A DNA stretch of 63,962 nucleotides, the filler included, from Choristocarpus tenellus KU-1152 (Eukaryota > Protista > Phaeophyceae): NCBI GenBank assembly GCA_964200185.2. It is 13 parts of 13 records of this genome, joined end to end, with 100 filler letters (N's around TTAATTAATTAA, not from the genome) between each part and the next. Parts side by side here need not be neighbours in the genome. Positions count along the whole stretch, not along the records: positions 1 to 2,591 come from CAXNAD020026475.1; positions 2,692 to 8,617 come from CAXNAD020009393.1; positions 8,718 to 20,483 come from CAXNAD020002150.1; 10 more parts are not named here. One strand, 5' to 3'. Each line of letters opens with the position of its first letter. Within the stretch, counting starts at the first letter, position 1. The translations under genes were made by a program, and so were the position numbers. This document shows positions 1 to 12,000 of the stretch, in pieces. The notes under the pieces were generated by a model, which was not told the DNA's origin, made no database searches, and was given only the letters and a program-made list of their open reading frames with translations.

Positions 1-2375
1 CTGCAGGGGGGGGTAGTGGGGAGGCGGTGTCACAGGGGGGCAGTGCTTCCCCATCGCAGAAGGGAGATGCCTCGCTAGTGGAGGGGGGGGGGAAGGAGGA
101 GGTAGGGGCTTCTACATCAAATAGGATACAAGATATAAAGGGCAGAGGGGAGAGTGAAGGCAGTGGATTTTTGTTGTTGGAGGGGGTCGGGTCTACAGGT
201 ACGGGGAAAGGGGATGTAGTGGGCTCAGAGGTCACCACCAGTGACTGTAATAATGGGATTACAGCAAGGGTAGGGGTAACTACTGTTGGGGATAGGACTG
301 GAGGAGGTATTCTAGCAGAAGGAAGTACACCTCCAGCATCTCTCACACAGGTAGATTTTGAGGGTTCTGGGCATACAGCAATGGGAACATCAGCAGCAGA
401 GGGGGCTGCAGTGACACTTCCTGATGTTGAGGGTAGGGCAGGGAAGTGAGGGCATCTGCATGTTATTGGGTTTTTTACCTGCTTTTGCCTTCTTTTTTTT
501 AACCTCTTGTTTTTATTTAAAACGAGGGTTAGGGTCGGGCATATCATCCGGCACCCGTGTCGTTGGTTGATATTTTTTTGTCTGGACACATGTGTGTTGA
601 AGTGTATGAGGAATAGCTACCTTGTGCATCTCCTCCAATACTGTTGCAACCAGTTTGTTTTGTAGGGCACATGCACCCCATATAATTTGCCCCAAGACTG
701 TGCAGCTATGGTAGAATCCCTCTAGAGGTGCCCCCAACCACCCTCCTTTCATGGCCATCCATGGCACTTTGGTTTGTGAGTTTGTTGTGTGCACCTATTG
801 CTTCTTAATTGTTATTATTTTACAGGAACGGTGTAGTAATCAAGAGTGGTTTTATGTGCTGGTCATTATGAAAAGCCACTTCCTGTGCTGCACCTACAGA
901 GAGAATTGTGTTTTTATTTTCTAGATATTTTCCGCCCTTTGTGTCTCTCCTAGTTGGCTTTGTTTCTTTTGGTCCCAAAGTTTGGGTGATACCCCTTTTC
1001 CTTGGTTAAGTGTGATGATGAGTCGGTGTGTGAGCATGATGCCTGGACATCTACTTGTTCCCTTGTTATAATAATATACTTCAAGTACTGTAGTTGAGGT
1101 TTTCTTGCGTGTTTGATCATTTGTTTGTTGCATAGCTGGCGGCTTGATGAACCTTGTGTTTGAGGGCTGTTTTTTCTGTTTAACTACTGAACGAGATTGA
1201 TGCTTCATTGGGAGGAAAGGACAGGAAGAGGAGTGGGAAAATAGTAAAGTATAAATACTCCAGAACCTTTTCCTGCATGAAAATATGGGACAATAGGGCT
1301 TGGGCCCTCTTCACCGCTTGCTGAGATTTGCCTGTCAGATCTCACTTACCCTTTTATCTGTTCTTCTTGGTAGGAATGAATTAATATATATATATATATA
1401 TGGGTGGCGTGCACAGCACAGAGGAGTTGAATGCACATAAATACATATGTAAGTACATACTACTTTCTTACATTGACTACCTTTTGGATATATTCTGGCG
1501 TAAGTCATTCCTTCTACGAGCTACAGAGCATCGCAAGGATGAAAGGGACAAAAAACATAGTGTGGAGTATTAGTAGTATTATATCATAGTTCACAAATGC
1601 GCTATGAAAATGAATTTAATACAAATATCCAATCAGTACTACAACAGAAGAGATACAATGGTACTACAGTATACAGATGCCTTACCTATTTTCCAGTAAT
1701 ATTGTTACTGTTATGAATTATTATTGTCTACATTTCGCTCATAGGTCCCAGATCAATGGTGGTCAGAAGGTACAACCATTATAGAAGACATACATATATT
1801 ATATATATTAATAAAGGAACTCAGAGCATGTATGAAATTAATGACAAGAAGTTTCCCAGGGGAAACCCACTACTATTATTATCTTCCAACATCAAGGATC
1901 ATCGACATTGCATGAAACCTCCCACAGCTACACTTCCTTGGTGGTAATGATGCTGGCGTGCTGTATTTGCCCTTGGCTTGTTTCTTAATCTTCTACTTTT
2001 CCCTTTGTTGATTTGCTTCTGGATTGTGTTCAAGCAAGGGGAGGCCTCATTGGTCGGGGGGGGTTTTTCTCTCAAGAATTGGACGTCGGATGTTTGACGA
2101 AACAAATAGGTATGTACGCCTTACAGCTAAAGCTTCAATTTTGCTGTGCTCGAATCCTCCAGATATTTCATCATTTTCTTACATTTCTCCTACCATTTTC
2201 CCATACTACAGACAACTAATATCGGATTTGTGGCTTTAAAATAAATTTCCGACAAATCAATAACCGTTCCAGTCGTAAATCTGACTTATTATGGACGTTG
2301 GGCACATCCTCGCAAAACAAAGATTCCAGAGTTAATTCTTTCATTCGTGGATCCGAATCATTTGTGCCCATTTCA

Positions 2376-2591
2376 TTTATTATTATACTCTCTGAAATTT
2401 TGGAGATGTGTCAGGGGAAAACCCAATGAAAACTATTCGCATGTCAGAACCCCTAAGAAAGTAACAGCTGTCGTAAACGTGAATGACATTTTTCTATCAT
2501 CTATTTGCTATTTTACTACCAGTTATGCTATACCGCTGCCCTCCTGTGCCTCCAACCTAGCTTAGTCCTGCACCCCAGGGTGAGGAGCTAG
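2376..2591 (-). mobile_element. 3' end of a CRE-like non-LTR retrotransposon (3' UTR hairpin + TAA end), cut by the contig end
   Basis: Collinear with 26761-26806 plus 27064-27260, e.g. GAGATGTGTCAGGGGAAAA..AATGAAAACTAT, CCTGTGCyTCCAA and GAGGAGCTAG. Confidence 0.65.
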
Positions 2592-2691
2592 NNNNNNNNN
2601 NNNNNNNNNNNNNNNNNNNNNNNNNNNNNNNNNNNTTAATTAATTAANNNNNNNNNNNNNNNNNNNNNNNNNNNNNNNNNNNNNNNNNNNN
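2592..2691. other. Artificial contig linker (44 N + TTAATTAATTAA + 44 N)
   Basis: Identical 100-nt linkers at 2592-2691, 8618-8717, 20484-20583, 23688-23787, 28477-28576, 34437-34536, 41910-42009, 44660-44759, 47970-48069, 50758-50857, 58684-58783 and 61335-61434. The 12-mer carries stops in all six frames. Confidence 0.97.
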
Positions 2692-2780
2692 CCGGTGATT
2701 CTCTTCGCCACCCTTGCCTGAGTGAACCACACCGCCACAGAATCACACGATTCACAATTTGTTGAATAATTACATTATAG
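2692..2780. repeat. Dispersed repeat; inverted homolog at about 47185-47270
   Basis: GATTCTCTTC..CACCCTT.CCTGAGTGAA.CA...CAGAATCACACGATTCACA matches the reverse complement of 47185-47270. Confidence 0.65.
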
Positions 2781-3303
2781 GTCAGGGACAGGTTCCTTTT
2801 TTGGGATCTCCGACACGCACACTTGTGCATAAGACGCACTGCCATATACATTTGTGCGCGCCAACCACGTCATTTGAACTCACCCATACCGACCAGAGTC
2901 CAATAACCAAGCACACCCATAAGATCCGGATTTGACCAAACAGTCAAAATGGACTGTCAGAACGAAGATCTATTCCGATTCTGACTTATCTATTTCTCTG
3001 CTGTGACATTGCTCAGTCTTTCTGGGACATTTGTTGCGTTAGAGGTTTTTGTCCTGTTCTGGATTCCCTCAATTGAATTTGAGATGCTTGGTCAAGACCC
3101 TTGAAACTCGGTCTCACCCTCTGAGGTGGAAGAGTTCACTCCGGTGATTGTAATTGCCCCCTTGAGCAGAGAACTTGGCACCTTCGACACTTCCGCATAT
3201 AGTCCATAACAAAAAAACTTTCACCAAACCACATTTGCGACTAACCCCATACTCGTTCATTCACTCAACAACAAACCAACGGGCGTGGACAATATAGAGG
3301 ATT

Positions 3304-3483
3304 GGCTCAAAGTATCTGGGGGAGGGGTGGTGGCTGTCCTTTTGGGGTCAATTTTTTCATGTCGCGATTTTTGGGTGATTTGGTTGCATACGTCGGATGG
3401 ATAATGTAAATGCACTTTTCCTGGTTTTGGTCCAAATGGACACCCTGGGGTAGACCCCCCCCCCCCCCAGATACTTTGGGGTC
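3304..3483 (+). mobile_element. MITE family B (~180 bp), complete, ATT TSD
   Basis: TIRs GGCTCAAAGTATCTGGGG...CCCCAGATACTTTGGGGTC; ATT flanks both sides. Confidence 0.9.
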
Positions 3484-4523
3484 ATTTGTTGTCCCAGTTC
3501 TTCTAGAGGACCATACCCATCACACTGCAGATGTAGGATGGCCACCCGTCAGCCACTAGGGAATCTGGCCAACAACGGGAATGAACTCGTGGACTCCGGA
3601 GGGGTAGACCCCAGGACATCCCAAGGATAAGGTCCAGCCTCCATCGCAGCTAGACACAGGTCAATTTAGCCTGTGTGTTCTGTAATTACCGCAACAAGGG
3701 ATTAGCACTTGAAGACTAGACATACCGAAGCATATGGTCATCATATCCTTCCGAAATCGCACATTTGCATCGAAATCAGAGACACGTGGTGTTCACCAGT
3801 TACACCGTACCTCGGAACTGGTGACACACACGTCCTCCCCTCAACAGCAGGACGAAACCTAATGTCGAAGATCATGTTCTCCGACAAGTCGAATCCGATA
3901 TGTATCGGAAATAAACGATCATCCTTTCTGCTCTGTTTCCAATCCCAACTCTTACATCTGTCCCAACTCTAACCCTGTGCCTCAACCCCAACATCATCCC
4001 TGACCCTTAAAATCCCGAAACTATGCCAACACATGTTTCGCTCTTCCTCATCCACTCGCCTCGTATAATTTTTGCCATACTTTTGTCGTACAGTAAAGTA
4101 TGGCAAAAGTTGCAGCAGTCCACATAACGACTTATTTGAATGCACACTCCTGACATCCACGTCCTCGATTTTCCGACAACTCAAGCATAATCTCATATCC
4201 CCTGTACAGAAGGAGGCACAAACAATGGTATGTGCATCTGGGGATATATGTAGACCTACACCACATGAAACATCTGGTATCCCTTCCACCAAAAACCCTC
4301 TCAGAGACCACTCGTTGTACAACAATAGAAGGATGATGATACCCTTGGAGCCACAGATGCCATCACACCCATGGAGACGACGAGGTCAAGAAGAAGAAAA
4401 CTCGTAGACGATGAATACCACAAACCCAAGTGGAAAATATAGTCAAGCAAACGTAGGAAGCTACAAAGAATCCTAAGTGTGAGAGGTGAATGCTGCGTAT
4501 TCTCTCCAGTTTGAAAGAGGCAG

Positions 4524-4724
4524 TAGGACCTCCATGTTACAGGGTGGAAGTCTCGGTAGGACCTCCATGTTACAGCACACTCCAGAAGCTTACCTCCACA
4601 GGATGTATAACTCCAATCCACAGGCCTATAGATGATACTGATGCACGTAAAGGACTCCTGATACACAAGTCGTCAAGTATGCAGGATCTCTCACTTGGAT
4701 TATCATCAATATCATCGTATAAAA
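4524..4724 (+). repeat. ~200-bp repeat monomer, copy 1
   Basis: Closely similar to 5298-5508 (direct) and 5605-5850 (inverted); contains an internal duplication of AGGACCTCCATGTTACAG. Confidence 0.85.
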
Positions 4725-4983
4725 GAGTCGAAGTATCATAGAGGGTAGAGCCGCGTCCATTTGGGGGCCAAAATCTAATGTTACAATTTTGATGTAATTT
4801 TGGCTATTGTGTTTGTTAGGACGTGTCAATATCCTTGTTCTGGACACTCCGTTTCATAACGTATACACGTTACCTACTCTGAAATGTTTCGGAGTAGGTA
4901 AAACGTCATTAGAAACCCGTGGGAAGCCAAGCCCCAAATGGACAAACAGGGAAAACCTCGTACCCTCTAAGATACTTTCACTC
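4725..4983 (+). mobile_element. MITE family A (~258 bp, GAG...CTC termini, Sola-like)
   Basis: TIRs GAGTCGAAGTATCATAGAGGGTA / TACCCTCTAAGATACTTTCACTC; interior collinear with the other family-A copies; TSD not preserved. Confidence 0.88.
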
Positions 4984-5297
4984 ATTACTCACCCTGTCGA
5001 AGCTTCAGTTATTCCAGATTTTAGGCTCTAACGATGTTCTCTTGGACAATAGTGTGCTGTATGTTTATGGAGTCGGTTATGTCAGCACTCTGAAACTCTT
5101 TCTCTTTTAGCAGTATCATTTAGCCAATTGGTATACATCGTGTATCTTCCTTTTTCCAGGGAAATCCTTATACCAGGGTAATCCAGAATCGACCATGGTC
5201 GCCGCAGTTCATATCTCAGTAACACATATTCTTTATCACTCAATGAACATATTTACATTCATCCTGTGTCAGAGACCTTAATGACTGCTGTTAGCAA

Positions 5298-5850
5298 GGA
5301 ACTCCATGTTGCAGGGTGGAAGTCTCGGTAGGACCTCCATGTTACAGCACGCTCCAGAAAGCTTACCTCCACAGGATTTATAGCTCCAATCTACAAGCCT
5401 ATGGATGATACTGATGCACGTATAGGACTCCTGATTCACAAGTCACCGAGTATGCTGGATCTCTCACATGGATTATCATCATCAATATCATCGTACAAAA
5501 GGGAACTCAAAAACGAGAAATCGGCTGAGCTAAGCATCTACTGACACAATACGTGGTCATCATCTGTGGACCCCCGTAGCGTCGTTTTAAGGTCGTTGCT
5601 TTTGAGTTGCATATCCTGTGGAGGTGAGTTCTGGGGCACGCTGTAACATGGAGGTCCTACCGAGACTTCCACCCTGTAACATGGAGTTCCTTTTTATACA
5701 ATGATATTGATGATAATCCAAGTGAGAGATCCAGCATACTTGACGACTTGTGGATAAGGAATACTATACGTGCATCAGTATCATCTATATAGGCCAGTGG
5801 ATGGGAGCTATACATCCTGTGGAAGTAAGCTTCTGTAGCGCGCTGTAACA
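5298..5850. repeat. ~200-bp monomer copy 2 (5298-5508, +) and inverted, circularly permuted copy 3 (~5605-5850, -)
   Basis: Direct comparison of GATGATACTGATGCACGTA and GGATCTCTCACwTGGATTATCATCA with their reverse complements. Confidence 0.85.
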
Positions 5851-5890
5851 GCTGCTCATAGTCAGAGGTTCTTTGCTGCAAAGTAGTGAG

Positions 5891-6005
5891 TATTTCTTGA
5901 GACGCTCAAAGGAAGAGATACATGCTCTGAGTAGAGGCTCGAGTTGTGCGTATTTCTAGAGAAACTCAAAAGAAGAGATACATACTCTGAGAGGAGGCTT
6001 GGCAA
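5891..6005 (+). repeat. 60-bp tandem duplication
   Basis: TATTTCT.GAGA..CTCAAA.GAAGAGATACAT.CTCTGAG repeated at 5891 and 5951. Confidence 0.75.
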
Positions 6006-6068
6006 CTTGTGAAGAAGGGTTTCTGTGGATGTTTAAACTCTGAATATATGGCATCCAATTGTGCATCA

Positions 6069-6327
6069 AAGTCAAAGTATCTTAGAGGGTATATCCGCGT
6101 CCATTTGGGGGCCACAATCCCATGTTGCGATTTTGATGTAATTATGGCTATGATGTTTGTTAGGGAGTGTCAATATCCTTGTTCCGGACACACCTTTTCA
6201 TAACGAATACATTTTACCTACTCGGAAACATTTTCGATTAGGTCAAATGTCATCAAAAACCCGTGGGAAGTCAAGCCCCAAATGGACAAACAGGGCAAAA
6301 CTCATACCCTCTAAGATACTTTCACTC
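6069..6327 (+). mobile_element. MITE family A
   Basis: AAGTCAAAGTATCTTAGAGGGTA...TACCCTCTAAGATACTTTCACTC. Confidence 0.9.
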
Positions 6328-6419
6328 TCAGGTGCACTTAACGCAGATTGAGCTCAAAGTCTAAGTGAGGGCAAGACCAATAGAAAAAAAAACATATGAG
6401 ACGCAACTGATGGTTCTGA

Positions 6420-8310
6420 TGTGAAGATCAAAAGAAAAAAAAGAAATAAACTTGAATCAAAATCTGGAACAACTTACGTGGCACATACTATTCTTGTATG
6501 TTAGACAGATGTTGACTGTTCCATACTTCCTACGTACCGTGATGTTCTAACATCATATCGTATCAAGTACACAAAAGTTGAGTAGCCTATATTTCAACAT
6601 TCTGCATGATTAAGGTTCAACGTACTGGATGTAACGTTTAGGGATTCTCCAGGTAGTGTTATGGTTAGAGTTTTGGATATGAAATAATATGTTCTGGAAT
6701 TGTTCTTCTAAATGGGCGGTGGTTGTCCCTGTGTAAGGATAACAATGTATAGAACCAATTATGCGTGTTTTGCCGGTTTAGTACTTCTTAGAAGGGAGGG
6801 CAGGGATGTGTGAATATGTCAAGACGTGTAAGGTTGAGAACAGGTTGGAGTGTTGTTGTGATCTGACTCATCTATTCTGGTGACACACCCGAGAATAAAT
6901 ATGTGTCATCATTTACTGTCTCCAGGAACAGTACGCAAGTGTATGTATTGATTTGATGCAAGTGTATGTCATATGAAGATGTTTATCTTTTTGCGTGTCT
7001 AATTATTTGTTGGTGTTATTGAGTTCTCCTTTACATAATATTTTGTAGGATCAGGATGTGCGTGGACGACTGCGTAGGGATGTTTAGCCGTGGCAAAATA
7101 ATTTCTATGTTTTCATAAGGAGGACATAGAGTTGGTGTGTTTCGTTATTATAGGCGAGGATTTGGATTTGAAGATACAGGTCGAAAATCCATGTAGTATG
7201 GGAACATAAGCTTTGATCATGTCGGAAGCACCATTCACTGATTTGCTGTATTCGTGAAAGGCATGGATTACGTGGACATGTGCATAGATAGGTGATGGCG
7301 GCTGAGGAATACCTATTTAGTATAGAGGGTCAGACGCCTGGGAAGTCCGTGGGTGCATTCCCTGTATTGCTGAGGTCTCGTAGTGACTGTCGGTTGGCTA
7401 TCCCACATGTGAGAGGCGATGGTTCTCGTCCCCCTCATGAGTAGTGACGAGGAATGCCTTGTTGTTCGGCTTGCTTGGTTGTTCCTTGTGTGGATGAATG
7501 AGTAAATGGGGTGGGGTGGGATGGGTTTTATGGAGATGATTTGTTTTTAACGTGGCGGTTCGTTTCATGTGAGATATTATCGAATGAAGGCAGTTTCAGA
7601 TGGGGGATCCAATTCAACATTGAGGTTCAGTTGTCGCTTTAGGGATAGGTATGCATGTATTTATGTCCATGTTGACAGAAGAGTCATGATATTGGAATAT
7701 ATCGTAGATATGCAAGCTAATAATGTGTAAGCGAGTAGGCAGTTACAATTGACTGTGTACATAATAGTATGGATGCAACTGTAGGGTCATAATGATAATG
7801 TATTGAAGGGATCTTTCACTTGAGGTCATGGTATGCCTGGAGCAGTTTAGTTCATGTCGATAGGCCGGTTATTACTGGATCATTACTCGGGTTGAAGTTT
7901 TGCAAGTGGATGCAAAATGCTAGACGCTGTCTTAGTGTGGAAGTATACGAAAACATATCTTGGTTTGTCGGTTGTGGAAGATGGAAAGTATATAGTGCTT
8001 TCAGAATATACAGTAGGGAATCTGGTGTTGAGTCTTAAAGCCTGACGCTGTAAGATTTATTTTAGAAACAGGTGAGTGCAAATCGCCAACTGTAACTTGT
8101 CTAGGATATGGGGGGCTGTATCGCCACAAATTTACGGATAAATCGATAAAAAATATATGTTTTAGGTTTTGTTAAAGAGGCTGATGTTCACAAGACTTGC
8201 GTGTGTGGATGACTTGATTAATTCCTTGTTGGGCTGGACAGGTTTAGACGAAGCAAGGAAGGAGAAAATAAGAGAAAGCCTCCAATTCAATATTTTTGTG
8301 TGGATCACTA
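6420..8310 (-). mobile_element. Heavily decayed retroelement-like coding relic
   Basis: Strong strand-biased composition and a stop-riddled minus frame with an RNase H-like AHVHVIHAF...NGASD segment near 7220-7285. Family cannot be assigned by eye. Confidence 0.3.
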
Positions 8311-8320
8311 ATCGCTAAAT

Positions 8321-8577
8321 GAGCCAAAGCACTTAAGAGGGTAGGGCCGCGTCTGTTCCGGTTCATATATCCAATGTTGCGATTGAGATTCATTTTGGCT
8401 ATCATGTTTGTTAGTAAGTACCAATATCCTTGCTCTGGACACACCTTTCATAGTCGTATACATTTTTGGTAACTGTGCTCACACAGAAAACCGAAATAGG
8501 TATAAAAAACCGGTGAGAAGTGAAGACCCAAACGGATAAACAGGGCAAAACTCCTACCCTGTTAAATGCTTTGACTC
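8321..8577 (+). mobile_element. MITE family A, diverged copy or subfamily
   Basis: GAGCCAAAGCACTTAAGAGGGTA...TACCCTGTTAAATGCTTTGACTC; flanks AAAT/AGAT. Confidence 0.8.
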
Positions 8578-9051
8578 AGATATATAAGTGTGTGTGTGGA
8601 TCAAAGTATCTGGGGGGNNNNNNNNNNNNNNNNNNNNNNNNNNNNNNNNNNNNNNNNNNNNTTAATTAATTAANNNNNNNNNNNNNNNNNNNNNNNNNNN
8701 NNNNNNNNNNNNNNNNNCCCCAGATACTTTGAGCCAATATCCCCTTTTGTAGGCCTTGTCTGAGGAAGGGTTGTTTACCTCAGCACATTCATCACCGTTT
8801 AGTGTTCGGTTCGATAATGATCGAATTAATCGGAAGTCTTAGAACCGAGTTTTCTTTCCTCAAGGGTTCTTTCGATTTACGTGACTGGTAACGATGTTTC
8901 AGTTTCGATTAATCGTGATGCAATCGGGTCGTAGCAATTGAATCTCTACGATGCACAACACTACGATATACTTACATGTAAGAAAGAACTACCAAAAACA
9001 CCTGCAACGTACTGCAACACAAGACGTCTAAGACTACAACTTGGACTTACC

Positions 9052-12000
9052 ATGATTCTCACCATGGCGGCGCTCTTGTCGCTTCCCCTTGCTGGGGTTG
9101 CGTATGCGCCTACTTCTTCGTTCCAGGTTTGATACGTCGAGATATCACGTAGTTACTGGACGAACAGTCTCGACAGAGTGTATTGTGTCATGTTTGGTTG
9201 AACTCTCTTGAAACTTTCAACAAGTGCAGTGAGAGATTAGGTAGTTTTACATTTAGGCGAAAGATACAAAGCCGTCCTCGAAGGGGCATAGGATAGTCCT
9301 CCCTAGTACAGGTGTACTACTTATCGACGTTCGTAATGACACCATGTTTGCTTGTTTCTGTATCTTTCAACTTCTAGGTTGGTGGACGCTTGACCCCTCC
9401 ATGCACACGGTTGACCATGCGTAATGACTACTCCTTCGAGACAGACAACGCATTTATGGAAGAGATGAAGGTACAAGCAATAGCCCACCACGTTTCCTGC
9501 ATGTCATTCTTTGTGCAGCAGAAATGCAGTTCATGCATTGAAATAGGAAAGCGAGACAGATGATGTTGGTTGTGTCAGTCTTTTCCCCTGCAGTGAAGGT
9601 CTAGCCTCTTGTGCCGACATCTATGCCTCCCTGCTCTGCAGGTATTATTTGTGCGAATGTTCGTTCATTCGATGTGAAGCACAAATTGTTGACATGGGCC
9701 GAAATTGGAAGCGAGACAGATGTTTTTGAATTAGTCAACCTTTCCGTCTGTTGTGAAGGCCTAGCCTCTTACGCCAATATCAATGCCGTCCACTCCTATG
9801 CGAACTATTTGTGCAAGAATCCATTCTCCAGGCACCCTGTCCAACTCCCTCTCTTGTCCTTCCTCTTTTTGGAGGAGTAGTACAGTCGTTGTAGTTCTCG
9901 AGACCGTCTATTCAACAAAGTACGGCAACGAGAAGAACCCAATCATTTCCTGGCCGCCATAATCCTAGGCTACGGCAAAAGCGATAGCGAGTCCAGGACG
10001 AGGCATCCTTGCCTCGGATGAATCCAATGCGACCACAGGAAAACGCCTTGCAACCATTGGCCTATCCAATACGGAGGAAAACCGACGCCGGTGGAGGGAG
10101 CTGATGTATACAACACCTGGACTTGGGCAGGTGGGCGTTTCTCGGTGAATACAATACACATGCTTCTTTCACCTAACTTCATCTTACCTCTTATTTTTAT
10201 TTTGGTTCTTGTGTTGCGGGGTCTTATCTATCCTGAGTCATCACCTGTAGTATTTTCCGGTGGAGGGATGGCACAAGGCACTGTGTCACAGTACTGATAC
10301 CTGATCAGGGTCTAAGGTGGAGGTGGTGAACCCACATCGAGTGCCTGGCTTGAGCTTTGAGCCTCCAATACAAATTAAAACAATACATGGCAGTGTAGGT
10401 TTTGAAGTGGTATATTCAACAATAGCCTTGATAGTTCAGTAGCTTTTGTATGAATCCTGAATGCAAACCCTGTGGAATTGTGCAGGATAATTATTGGTGT
10501 TCTGTTACTCATGACACACACAACTACCTAAACCCATGAGTGACACCTACTTCTTGTGTGCACTTAAATCTCATGCTTACCATTGCCCAATATTTTGCAT
10601 GTGTTGTTTTCACTGCCCTTAGTGCTGATTGCAGTCCTCACCCTACCATCCTCCCCTCCATACATTGGCCTACCATTCCTCAGTACATCTCAGGCGCCAT
10701 AATCTTTGATGATATTTTGAGCATGTCAGACAGCAATGGGAAGCCCTTTGTGGAGGTCCTCCGTGAGCAGAGCATCATCCCTGGCATTAAGGTGAGATCT
10801 AGAATGTCTCTTATCTTTTGCTCACATTACTTCCTGATCAAGGATACTTGATTTTCAATTATTGTTTTCTTCCATGTGTAACCACAATACCTTCTCACTT
10901 GATATCGTCCATCGACATAACCATTGACATTAAGCGTGTCTGGTGGTGCCTCAGGCAGACACAGGTATGATGGCTCTCCCTTTCTCAGGCGGGGAGACCG
11001 CCACACAGGGGCTTGATAATTTGGGTGAAAAGTGAGTGCCGTATGTGGATTGTTGTGTCAACTTTGACTCGTGTAAGTCTGCCTTGAGATAGGTTTCTAT
11101 CTCAACTTTGTGAGATAGAGCTGATCACTGATTATTTGTGGGTTCATTCGATCAGATCAACTAATTTGACCCTGTGCTTAAATAAGTCTTTCTTACTTGA
11201 AAATCTTGATTTTGTTTGCATTGGTTTTGGTACCTAGTAAACTTTGAGGTCCTTGGTGTTTTTAGTCTGAGTTGACCCCTCAGCCATAGTGCTTGGAGCA
11301 TGGTGGTAGATTTGAATCATGGCGGTGGACATAAGCTGACTGTATGCACGCAACTCATTTAGATACTTGTTGTTAACATTTTAGTGAAGATTTTGCCCTT
11401 GGGCACTAAACGACCAAGTAAAATCCCAACTAGTCCTGGCATGTTCATAGTATTATGCTTTTAGTGATAAGCAGAGCAAATATCTTCATGCTGAGGATGA
11501 TATGTGTGCATGTATGTATCCAGTTATCTGCTCATGCATGTTGCTTCTCATAGGTGTTGAAATGTACCCTCCTGAATCATGTTCTGTTGTCTATGGTATT
11601 CACCTAGTTCAACATTGCTTTTCTCAGTAGTCTCTCTTGTCCAGTATCTGCTCTCTCATGAACATCATACCCCTCATAGGCACATATCTTGAGAGTATAT
11701 CCTTCCATACACAATATGACTGTCGTGACTCTACATGCAATGCATTTACGTACTCTGTTACAACTTAAGAGCAATCCCCGCTATAGTTCAGTGTGGCATA
11801 TCACAACAAGTGTTTCAAACTGATGATGTACCTGATGACTTGAGTCTATCTAGCTGTTTATGTGTGCTTTATCAACAATGGCCCCATATCCCAAGGGCAA
11901 ACGTTAAATGCTGGATTTAAGGGATAGAAATTGTCCAAACATTGTTCTTCTGCTTCCGTATAAACTTCATGTAGCTGCTAGAGACATTGTGCCATTTGAA

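Noticed and set aside
27-449. 140-aa Gly-rich plus-strand ORF
   Set aside because: Non-ATG start; more likely the antisense of a Pro/Ser/Thr-rich minus-strand relic (possibly retroelement ORF1); no diagnostic motif on either strand.
2636-2647. TTAATTAATTAA palindrome recurring 12 times
   Set aside because: Always centred in N runs of fixed length; an assembly linker, not a biological repeat.
4524-4580. AGGACCTCCATGTTACAG direct repeats resembling a mini CRISPR array
   Set aside because: Only two units; the 'spacer' is identical in all three loci; no cas genes; eukaryotic context.
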